A stretch of 64,000 nucleotides of DNA from a virus. Below, piece after piece: positions 35,861-43,465 of the stretch. The notes under the pieces are model-generated. The model was not told the DNA's origin, made no database searches, and saw only the letters and a program-made list of their open reading frames with translations. Position numbers and translations under genes: made by a program. Every line of letters begins with the position of its first letter. Positions within the stretch are counted from its first letter, which is position 1. Location: IMG/VR virus record IMGVR_UViG_3300039065_000016; one strand, 5' to 3'.

Positions 35861-36040
35861 CAAAAATCCACCTCAAACCCACAATTTCTCAACATTTCAC
35901 GCAAAATCCAACCATCATACACTCCAGACCAATACCGAAATCTATTAACTTCCCATAATACGCCATCGCCACGCCAACCTAATTCCCACATAGCTTTCAA
36001 GCCTCACCCGTTCACAAGCTAAATTAATGTTCTCCGCGAC

Positions 36041-36068
36041 AAAGAAAAGACCGCCCGAAGGCGGCCTA
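36041..36068 (-). terminator. intrinsic terminator after the VirE-like gene
   Basis: On the minus strand: AGGCCGCC, TTCG loop, GGCGGTCT, TTTCTTTG. Confidence 0.6.
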
Positions 36069-36092
36069 ATCCACTCCAACTCAATCGACCTA

Positions 36093-37832
36093 TCAGAAAT
36101 CCTCGCCCAATATCTTGGCTCGCTCTGCCCGTACTGCTCGAATTTTTGCCATGGCAGCCTCATCGGTCATATCCGGATCGCCCTTTCTCAACAGATACAC
36201 CAGCGCATCATTGAATGGCGGCAGCGTCGTCTGCATATTCTTCGACCAGTCAGGCGCGACCTTATCCACAGGCAGGCACCATCCATTCAGGCCGTTCTTA
36301 TTCGGAATGAATCCCAGCGCTTTCAGGTGTGGAGTTAAATGGCGAGAAATCGGCTTCTTCCTGGCGAGAATATCGAACCACTTCAGAATGGAAACGGTGT
36401 CTGCCCTCCACCCAGGAGTCTTGGAATTCCCACCAGGCTTAACCTCTTCGAACTCACAACTGATCAGGACATTGATCAGATACATATCAATCGTATCGTC
36501 GCGAACCACGCCGCGCGCATTCTCCATTTCCGAAATAGAGAAGTTCTGGACTTCGCGGTTTGCTTCCGACACCATATTCAGGTAGCCATCGACGCCGTGC
36601 TCTTCGATCCATGCGCGGCATTCAGCCATCGCTTGCCAGAATTTGCGGCCGAAGTCGGTGAAGTCCACCTTGAACGGTTCATTGCCATCGCCCGGCTTAA
36701 CCCAGTTCGGCTTTCCATCCTCATCGGGCAGTTGCGCAACAAACATAGGATAGAAACGTCGGTTACCAGAGTCGTCCCGCTGGAGTCCATCGTAGCCGTT
36801 GCCGTCCATGATGGTGATCCATTGTCGCTTGATCGTTTCGCCCGGCTCAAACTTCTGGTCGAATGTATCAGAAGACCGCACCAAGAACTCCTTGATGCGT
36901 TCCATGTCGCCCTTTTTGAAGCCGGACATTTCCCCGACGTTCGCAATGACCGAGTTGCCGGTGATGTTGCGCAGGAATGGTGTCTGGTCGTGTCGGCTCA
37001 GGTCGAGCTGGACGGGAGCCAGATCGCGACCGCCCGACAGTTCCTTGCAGATCAGCAGGCCGAAATAGGATTTCCCCGCATCCTGCCCACCAATCAACGC
37101 CAGCGAGATCGGCGCCGAGATTCCAGGATAGTTGATGCGGCAGTACAGGCTCAGCCAGAAATACTTGCTCACCATCCGGTTCAATTCGGTGTCGAATGGC
37201 TTAAAAAGATCGATCAGCAACGTGCTAATTCGCTCTTCGCCGTCCCACTCCGGTATCTTCTTCTCGAACGTCTCTATCAGCGAGTTGCGGCGGTATCGAC
37301 GCGCCCAAACGCAGCAAGTCTCAATCGTCTTCTTAATCGAGGGATCGTCCAAGGCCGCAGCCGCGAGGGCGCCCATCAGGTCAATCGGGTCGAGGGTCTT
37401 GTTGTTGAACGCCACGCCGCGATGGTCCACCAGCCGTCCGCGAAACTCGTCGAAGTGCGGATGCGGGACGGTTCCATCACCCTTGCAGAACAAAGTATCG
37501 TACACCGCGAGATAGTTGCTGTCGGAAGTCGAGCTGTATTTAGTGATGAAGTCATCGAACGGCCCTTTCACCACCCGGCTGACCGGAAGATCGAACGCCT
37601 GGTCGAGCATCAACAATCGCGCTCGCTTTCTCAAGTCTGGTTCCGCATACGCCTCGGCGTATCTTGCCGCCTTTTGTGCGCGGTGCGTTTCGTTCCTCGC
37701 AATCGCATCATCGGCCGCCTTGCTCGCGGCGGTCATCAAAGGGTCCATTCCAGCATCTTCTATCTGTGTGAGATCGAACTCACTGGACCCTGATTCGTCA
37801 TCATCAAAAATATTATCTTCGTCGATAATCAT
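36093..37832 (-). CDS. VirE-family P-loop ATPase (putative replicative primase-helicase component)
   Basis: 579 aa. Walker A IGGQDAGKS and VirE-like GNGYDGLQRDDSGNRRFYPMFV. Confidence 0.65.
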   Translation of the reverse strand: MIIDEDNIFDDDESGSSEFDLTQIEDAGMDPLMTAASKAADDAIARNETHRAQKAARYAEAYAEPDLRKRARLLMLDQAFDLPVSRVVKGPFDDFITKYSSTSDSNYLAVYDTLFCKGDGTVPHPHFDEFRGRLVDHRGVAFNNKTLDPIDLMGALAAAALDDPSIKKTIETCCVWARRYRRNSLIETFEKKIPEWDGEERISTLLIDLFKPFDTELNRMVSKYFWLSLYCRINYPGISAPISLALIGGQDAGKSYFGLLICKELSGGRDLAPVQLDLSRHDQTPFLRNITGNSVIANVGEMSGFKKGDMERIKEFLVRSSDTFDQKFEPGETIKRQWITIMDGNGYDGLQRDDSGNRRFYPMFVAQLPDEDGKPNWVKPGDGNEPFKVDFTDFGRKFWQAMAECRAWIEEHGVDGYLNMVSEANREVQNFSISEMENARGVVRDDTIDMYLINVLISCEFEEVKPGGNSKTPGWRADTVSILKWFDILARKKPISRHLTPHLKALGFIPNKNGLNGWCLPVDKVAPDWSKNMQTTLPPFNDALVYLLRKGDPDMTDEAAMAKIRAVRAERAKILGEDF

Positions 37833-37967
37833 GTTAGGTTTGCCGCCTTCTGCTTTACATGATCGGATTCAACATTGCCTCTACATATTGAGGCGAAAGG
37901 GACGGCTATTATCTCCTACCTAAACCGGCATAGCTAATAAGTTCCGTCCCCATCCGAAAATTTCTGT

Positions 37968-37979
37968 ACCGTTCGTCGA
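37968..37979 (+). promoter_or_regulatory. ACCGTTCGTCGA motif copy
   Basis: An 11/12 match in the 147-bp gap between 37980-38165 and the VirE-like gene. Confidence 0.4.
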
Positions 37980-38165
37980 TTAAAATACGTCAAACGCCAC
38001 GACGAACCAGAACGTCAAAGCAGAAAGGCCGAAGAAGAAGCACAGAAGCGACGCGAGGAAGTTTGCGACTTGTATTTTCCATCCCTTTAGGCCTTCGAAG
38101 AAGATGATAAGGCCGAGGAACAGCAAGCCAATGGCTGTGATCAGGATTCCAGGATCGTTTTGCAT
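37980..38165 (-). CDS. small two-TM membrane protein
   Basis: 61 aa with two hydrophobic helices. Packed between the prim-pol and VirE genes. Confidence 0.45.
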   Translation of the reverse strand: MQNDPGILITAIGLLFLGLIIFFEGLKGWKIQVANFLASLLCFFFGLSALTFWFVVAFDVF

Positions 38166-38170
38166 ATTGT

Positions 38171-39247
38171 CTACTCCTCACCGATGTGACGGCGGTTGAT
38201 TCTTTCCAATTGTTCGACGATATAGGGTAGCACGACTTCATCCGTGAAGGCCGCCCACGTCCGGCGATGCTCTTTGCGGCAGGTATCGTGGCCGCAACCG
38301 AACACATATTCGTGCTCGGCTCCAGGGATCGGTCCGCGAAAGTAGGCGCCAAATGGATCGCCATTTGTATGCTCGTCTCCCCATGGGCAGCGGATGCGAT
38401 ATTTACCGGACATATTCTGTTGGACTTGGCCGCCCGCTGCCTCGCCCATTTTGTATTTCGTGCAGATGTGCTCGGCATACTTTAGCCACACCTGGTCATA
38501 AACCCAATCGTCGCGGTTTATCTCCACCTTCTTCATCTGTGGCATGATGATGCGGACGCCGAAGGCCTGGGCGATTTCCTCTGGCGAGTAGCGCTTGGAA
38601 TAGTCTGCGTGATACAAACGCACGAGTTCGGGCTTGCCGTTTTCGTCGGCATACTTGAAGTTGCCGTCTTCCCCGCGCTTATTGTTGAAGCCGAATGGCA
38701 TGCGACCATAACGGCTTACGTCTTTGACGGTGTTGTCGCCGCCTTTCTTTAGCACCTGGTCCACGAACGAATAGAGCAATGCCTTAAACTGGAGCATGTG
38801 GGACATCGGCTCTTTGAAGAAATACCAGAACTGGTAGTTGTTCGGCGAAGTCTCCACAATCGCGGTCGGCTCCAGGCGCTCGCGGAACTCGTCGCGGTTG
38901 AAGTCGCCCTTGGACCCTTTGCCGGAGCCGATGTCATCGACCATTAACGCCAGTCCGTGGCCGAAAGAGGCCTCGCCGCGCCAGTATCGCATCTGGCCAG
39001 TCTTCGGGTTGGGCGTCTTGATGGATGACGATATACAGGCATAAGCGTTGGATCTGGAATTGATGTACTTGCCTTCCTTCCAGGGCACGGGCCACCAGCC
39101 TGCGTTGAGCTTGCGGCCGTTTTCGTCGGTCTGGACTGTGGCCTCTTCAGCGTAGCCGACCATCACCCGTTCGTCTTCCGGAATCCCTCGGCCGAGTTCT
39201 CTCAGGAATTCTTCGGCCTGGGCCAATCTTATTTCGTGAGGCTTCAT
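38171..39247 (-). CDS. archaeo-eukaryotic-type primase-polymerase (prim-pol)
   Basis: 358 aa. LMVDDIG (DxD), IVETSPNNYQFWYFF, and a C-terminal Cys/His cluster CPWGDEHT...CGHDTC. Confidence 0.55.
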   Translation of the reverse strand: MKPHEIRLAQAEEFLRELGRGIPEDERVMVGYAEEATVQTDENGRKLNAGWWPVPWKEGKYINSRSNAYACISSSIKTPNPKTGQMRYWRGEASFGHGLALMVDDIGSGKGSKGDFNRDEFRERLEPTAIVETSPNNYQFWYFFKEPMSHMLQFKALLYSFVDQVLKKGGDNTVKDVSRYGRMPFGFNNKRGEDGNFKYADENGKPELVRLYHADYSKRYSPEEIAQAFGVRIIMPQMKKVEINRDDWVYDQVWLKYAEHICTKYKMGEAAGGQVQQNMSGKYRIRCPWGDEHTNGDPFGAYFRGPIPGAEHEYVFGCGHDTCRKEHRRTWAAFTDEVVLPYIVEQLERINRRHIGEE

Positions 39248-39693
39248 GCGAGCCGCTCCGGGCGCCCTTTGCGTCGAGGCACTTCCACGAATTGTCGCTT
39301 GCCGCCGGCCTTACCGGCATAGCTTGTCCTTCCTTCGTTGATCTGGTCCCAAGCTTCAGTGACCTTGTGCTGCCGCGCCTTTTCTAGCGCCGGGGGAATC
39401 TTCGCATCATCGATGCCGCGAACCCACATGAACATCAGGAACGTCGCCAGGTCCAGGAGATTGTTCTCATTGCCCTTCAGCGCATGTTCGGCGAATCCAT
39501 CCAGCAGAACATTTTCGTCGCAATCGATCCATCCGCCTCGGCCCTTGTCGCGGGAGCGCTGCAACTTCTGGCGGATCGCCGTTGCGAACATGGACAGAGC
39601 ATACTCGTCCTGCGCTTCAGGCTTTGCCTTCCTGAGAACGTCGAGGCTGGTCATGATGACTCCATCTACTGGTGAAGGTTTCTTCGGTTCCAT
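39244..39693 (-). CDS. hypothetical replication-module protein
   Basis: 149-aa ORF with 4-nt overlap coupling. Confidence 0.5.
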   Translation of the reverse strand: MEPKKPSPVDGVIMTSLDVLRKAKPEAQDEYALSMFATAIRQKLQRSRDKGRGGWIDCDENVLLDGFAEHALKGNENNLLDLATFLMFMWVRGIDDAKIPPALEKARQHKVTEAWDQINEGRTSYAGKAGGKRQFVEVPRRKGRPERLA

Positions 39694-40745
39694 TACACGG
39701 ACTCCTTGTTAGTCGCGGCGTTGATGTACGCATCCAGCAGCTTTTGTGTATCGGTGCGGGCTATGCCGTTGTACAACAGCGCCATTACGGCATCGTGCAT
39801 CGCCTCAGTCTCCTTAACCGGAATTAGGGCGTAACCATCCGGCACGCTGTGACTCGCCACAGGACCGGTATACAAAGGGGTCAAGAATTCGTAAGGTGGC
39901 TCTTCCGCCCAGCAGGCCGGATGGTCCAGTCCAATATAGATGTAGCTTCCACCGGGTTGGCTTGGATCGAGCAATGGCGCAAGTTCCTTTTTGCGGGCGT
40001 ACCCTATGATTTGCGGGTGTTGTTTGTAGGGTTGCGTCTCCGCAAGCTTAGATTCAAGCTCCGCTATCCTGACCAACGCGGCGTCGCGCTCTATGACGAT
40101 CTTCTGGGCAGCTTTGATGCTGGCGTGGTCACCATGAACTAGCAACTTGCCGTCGCCGTCGCCTACGCCCATGGTACATTCGTGGGCGGTCTGTGCCGCT
40201 GCCAGTGCTTCGTTGAGCCGGAATCCTTCGTGTACCCAATCAGTCAACTTTCCTTCCAGCTCAGCGACCCTGGCCAGAGCTGTATCGCGTTCCGCCTTAT
40301 AACGGCAATAAGTGTGGCCGTATTCATCACCGACCACGCCGTCGCAATAGCTTGCTGCCAGTTCGCTCCCGCGCTTTTCCGATGCTTCAAGTTCCTTTTC
40401 CAGACGAGCGATGGTTTCTAGTTGCTTAGCAAGTCGATCAGAATCGGACTTACCTGGCTCATGGCGGCATGGGCTGGGATTAAATTGCTGTTCAGGCTCT
40501 TCTGTCAGAGTTTCCTGCATTGCCAGGATTCGTTTTTTCCCGGCGTCAGTTATGCTCCAACAAGGCTGACTGCCGAACATGTATCCAGCTACAGAATCAT
40601 CCCAGGACAAATTTACGAGTCCCATTCGTCTCAGAGCCTTCAAGGTTGAATCAGTCGAAGGACCGTGAATCCAATTGTAAGAATTCCTAGACAGCCCTAG
40701 CAGAGCTTCAACTTGCCTATGACTCAGCTTCATCAAATCTGGCAT
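39693..40745 (-). CDS. winged-helix-like N-terminal domain plus coiled-coil protein
   Basis: I moved the start to the ATG at 40745 (GAGGT ribosome-binding site; MPDLMKLSHRQVEALLGL...LKALRRMGLV). Internal repeat RDTALARVAELEGKL / RDAALVRIAELESKL. Confidence 0.5.
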   Translation of the reverse strand: MPDLMKLSHRQVEALLGLSRNSYNWIHGPSTDSTLKALRRMGLVNLSWDDSVAGYMFGSQPCWSITDAGKKRILAMQETLTEEPEQQFNPSPCRHEPGKSDSDRLAKQLETIARLEKELEASEKRGSELAASYCDGVVGDEYGHTYCRYKAERDTALARVAELEGKLTDWVHEGFRLNEALAAAQTAHECTMGVGDGDGKLLVHGDHASIKAAQKIVIERDAALVRIAELESKLAETQPYKQHPQIIGYARKKELAPLLDPSQPGGSYIYIGLDHPACWAEEPPYEFLTPLYTGPVASHSVPDGYALIPVKETEAMHDAVMALLYNGIARTDTQKLLDAYINAATNKESV

Positions 40746-40755
40746 ATCACTAACC

Positions 40756-41541
40756 TCAATTACAAATGGCGATATTGAGCACTTTATCACGACCGGCCGC
40801 GAACCTCTCCAGGAAGTCCACCAGGTCATTCAAGATGGTGCCAGCTCGGCCTAGTTTGTGATTGATCAGGAGTTGCGCGACTCGGTGGCCGACGAATGTT
40901 CCGGCAGGAATCTGCGGCCATGCTTCGCCGATACTTTTGAGCACTGCATCGGTATAGCTTTTGTCTGCGCCGGCTTTGTGGTGGGCGAGTATCGTGAGAT
41001 CGCGAACATATCGATTGATTATCCGCCGCAGGAATTCGTCTTCAGTCCCGGCCAGGGCGCCGCATTCACGAAGCTGACGCAGGAGGCGCCACCCCAGGTT
41101 ACGCTTCCATTTCTCGGCGAATTCTTCGGCCTCTGCGAATGACGCACGCATGATGCTCTCGACTGGGATGGTGATCGCGCCGCCTTCTTTCGTCCCAGTT
41201 TCCAGAACTGCCCATTCACCGTGCTTGCGGTGCTCGATGAATCCGATGAGCATTCCGACGTTCGTTTCAGATTCCGCCATCCCAGTCACGCGAACGACGG
41301 AATGGCGCGGGAACGCTTTCGATCCATAGAGGCTGGACTGGGAATTGACCCACCCGGCCATGGCCAAGTCGGAGGCTTCCGCATGGATCAGCTCGCGACG
41401 GATGCGAACGGCCAGAGCCGGGTCCAGCTCGCGACTGCGACGCAGGTAGCCGGGCTTTAGGTTCGGGTCGCGAGTCTTGTCGACATTGGGATTCGGATTG
41501 CCGACCGGGAGTTGGTCGCGGGAAATCTTGCATTCTTGCAT
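40756..41541 (-). CDS. hypothetical protein, first gene of leftward replication operon
   Basis: 261 aa, preceded on the minus strand by the exact CCAAAACAGAGGA leader and promoter 41586-41614. Confidence 0.55.
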   Translation of the reverse strand: MQECKISRDQLPVGNPNPNVDKTRDPNLKPGYLRRSRELDPALAVRIRRELIHAEASDLAMAGWVNSQSSLYGSKAFPRHSVVRVTGMAESETNVGMLIGFIEHRKHGEWAVLETGTKEGGAITIPVESIMRASFAEAEEFAEKWKRNLGWRLLRQLRECGALAGTEDEFLRRIINRYVRDLTILAHHKAGADKSYTDAVLKSIGEAWPQIPAGTFVGHRVAQLLINHKLGRAGTILNDLVDFLERFAAGRDKVLNIAICN

Positions 41542-41585
41542 TTAATGTATCCTCTGTTTTGGAGGGCAGTACAGGCGGCGGCGCT

Positions 41586-41614
41586 AGTATCGGCCACTTT
41601 CCTGCCGAAGTAAA
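41586..41614 (-). promoter_or_regulatory. promoter of the leftward replication operon
   Basis: On the minus strand: TTTACT (41614-41609), N17, GATACT (41591-41586). The leader contains the exact CCAAAACAGAGGA (41562-41550). Confidence 0.5.
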
Positions 41615-41648
41615 GTCGGATTAAATTAGCTCGCTTTGACGAGTCAGC

Positions 41649-41684
41649 TGATAGTATACTCTTCTTGCGCAGAGGTAAAGCAGA
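41649..41684. promoter_or_regulatory. overlapping divergent promoter pair around the palindrome AGTATACT
   Basis: On the minus strand: CTGCTTTACC (-35 at 41679-41674), N17, TACTAT (41656-41651). On the plus strand: extended -10 TGaTAGTAT (41649-41657) or TATACT (41655-41660) with a poor -35. Confidence 0.4.
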
Positions 41685-41708
41685 ACTGTACGTTATAAGG
41701 AACATTCC

Positions 41709-42131
41709 ATGGCGGAACATATTTTTACTCACGAAGGTACTGTGGTGTTTGAGGGCCGGTCCCGGACGGTGAAGCTCCGGCGTGGCAACCACCACTGGGT
41801 AGACCCCGATAGACATCGCTATAGCCCACAGGACGGCCGCGCCGCTTCCCAGGCTGTCAAGGGTGCGGTCTTGGTCCTTTCGACCGTCCGCTGGCTCCCT
41901 GGGGCGAAGAAGGCCGCAGAGCAACTTAAGGCCTTCCCTTATAAAGGAAGGGTCCATGCGCTCGGTGCTGCTTGGCACTATGTCCTGTTGCGGCGCACGA
42001 AAAACTTCTATGTCGATCCGCACGGCCGCAAATATCGTCGTGATACTGGGTGGTCTGTGGACGGTCTGCTTAAACTGAGTCTCAATTCAATTAAACCTAG
42101 CGTTGGAGAACGCAAATATGTCAGCATCTAA
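41709..42131 (+). CDS. hypothetical basic protein
   Basis: 140 aa, AAGGAA ribosome-binding site. Internal repeat HHWVDPDRHRY / NFYVDPHGRKY. Confidence 0.5.
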   Translation: MAEHIFTHEGTVVFEGRSRTVKLRRGNHHWVDPDRHRYSPQDGRAASQAVKGAVLVLSTVRWLPGAKKAAEQLKAFPYKGRVHALGAAWHYVLLRRTKNFYVDPHGRKYRRDTGWSVDGLLKLSLNSIKPSVGERKYVSI

Positions 42132-43305
42132 CTTCACCGTCGATCAGATCGAAGAGCGATTCGGCTTCCGACCTAATAGCCAGCAGATCGACGCGATAAA
42201 TTCCGTCGTTAACTGGTATCGCGGTTGGTGTGATCGAGCGCACCGCCGTCAGGTCTATCGACTCGCCGGTTTTGCAGGAACTGGTAAGACTTCTATTGCG
42301 AAGATCATCGCCGAACTTTGCTGCTCGATGGACTGGACAGTCTTCATCGCGCCGACCGGAAAGGCCGCCGCGCGGCTTCGTGAGAAAGGTTGCGTCAATG
42401 CCCGGACTCTTCACAGCTTTATCTATCGACCGATTGGTGAAGATGAAGACGGCGAAATCATGTTTGCCAACAAAGACTCGCTCGACGAGAAACCGAAGTT
42501 GGTAGTTCTCGACGAGTCGTCCATGATCGGCGAGTGGGATGAAGAGCGCCTGTTGTCGCACCGAATTCCGGTTCTGGAGATTGGCGACTTTGGCCAAGTT
42601 CCTCCTGTACGCGGCGTCCAGATTTTCCACGAGAACAGCTGTGACACCATCATGACCGAAATCGAGCGCAACGCTGGCAATATCGTTCGGGCGTCGATGT
42701 TCGTCCGCCAGGGAAAGCGCCTGCCCTGCCGCGAGTATGACGACATATTGGTCCGGGCCGGCTTCGATATGTCGGATGATGAAATGCGGACGTTCCTGGA
42801 CGATGATGGCGTGATTCTTTGTGCTTACAACAATACTCGCCGTCGCTTGAACGCACGCGCTCGCCGAATCCTCGGCTACAAAGGTGCGCAGCCGGGAATC
42901 GGCGAGAAGCTGGTATGCACTGGGAACCAGCACGAATATGGAATCATGAACGGCGAACAAGCCATTCTGCTGGACTTCAAGCCGGTTCCTGAAGGGCAAG
43001 AAGATGATGACGAGCCTGATGAAATGTTGTTCGCCAAAGTTCGCATTATCGGTACGAACTTTGAACGCTGGGTTAAGTTCAATCCTCTGAGTTTTTCGGT
43101 CGAGGAAGACGTGCGGCTGGAGGCGCAGAAGGCCATTGGCGGATTCGACTTCGGATGGGCGATGACGTTCCACAAGTCGCAGGGATCAGAATGGAAACGG
43201 GTCGCCATGTTAGAAGAAAACTTGCCGTCCATCCCTTATAGTCAGTTGATGTATACTGGGATAACTCGCGCAATCGAATACTTACTGTTCTTGCGTAAAA
43301 GCTAG
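42118..43305 (+). CDS. SF1 RecD/Dda-like DNA helicase
   Basis: GFAGTGKTS (Walker A), VVLDESSM (Walker B) and AMTFHKSQGSEW. ATG at 42118 after a GGAGA ribosome-binding site. Confidence 0.75.
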   Translation: MSASNFTVDQIEERFGFRPNSQQIDAINSVVNWYRGWCDRAHRRQVYRLAGFAGTGKTSIAKIIAELCCSMDWTVFIAPTGKAAARLREKGCVNARTLHSFIYRPIGEDEDGEIMFANKDSLDEKPKLVVLDESSMIGEWDEERLLSHRIPVLEIGDFGQVPPVRGVQIFHENSCDTIMTEIERNAGNIVRASMFVRQGKRLPCREYDDILVRAGFDMSDDEMRTFLDDDGVILCAYNNTRRRLNARARRILGYKGAQPGIGEKLVCTGNQHEYGIMNGEQAILLDFKPVPEGQEDDDEPDEMLFAKVRIIGTNFERWVKFNPLSFSVEEDVRLEAQKAIGGFDFGWAMTFHKSQGSEWKRVAMLEENLPSIPYSQLMYTGITRAIEYLLFLRKS

Positions 43306-43465
43306 GAACTTCTCGAACATAAATAAGTTCCCTAGAGTTTGGACTTTCCCGAAAGAAAATATTTAGGAAAGTTCAGGCTAAGGGTATTCCCTTCTTCAAT
43401 TAGTTTAGAGATAATCCCCGCACAGGCCAATAAGCCATCCCTTTGAACATTCCCGGAGTAAGAAC

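Noticed and set aside
35314-36000. 228-aa minus-strand ORF covering most of the 970-bp gap
   Set aside because: It runs straight through the AT-rich core and both skewed arms. Its translation is low-complexity (W/G-rich, then P/S/H-rich). It has no ribosome-binding site, and the equivalent region in R1 has no matching ORF.
36339-37793. 484-aa plus-strand ORF opposite the VirE-like gene
   Set aside because: It is antisense to a gene with clear Walker A and VirE motifs, and it has no motif of its own.
37845-37890. Plus-strand CTGCTTTACA promoter-like word upstream of nothing
   Set aside because: After a 17-nt spacer there is no acceptable -10 element. It would fire antisense into the prim-pol operon. 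It is probably a chance partial match to the promoter family.
41631-41660. Apparent consensus TTGACG ... TATACT rightward promoter
   Set aside because: The spacer is only 13 nt, too short for sigma70. I kept only the extended -10 reading, and at low confidence.
42121-43173. 350-aa minus-strand ORF opposite the SF1 helicase gene
   Set aside because: It is antisense to a gene with Walker A/B and motif VI.
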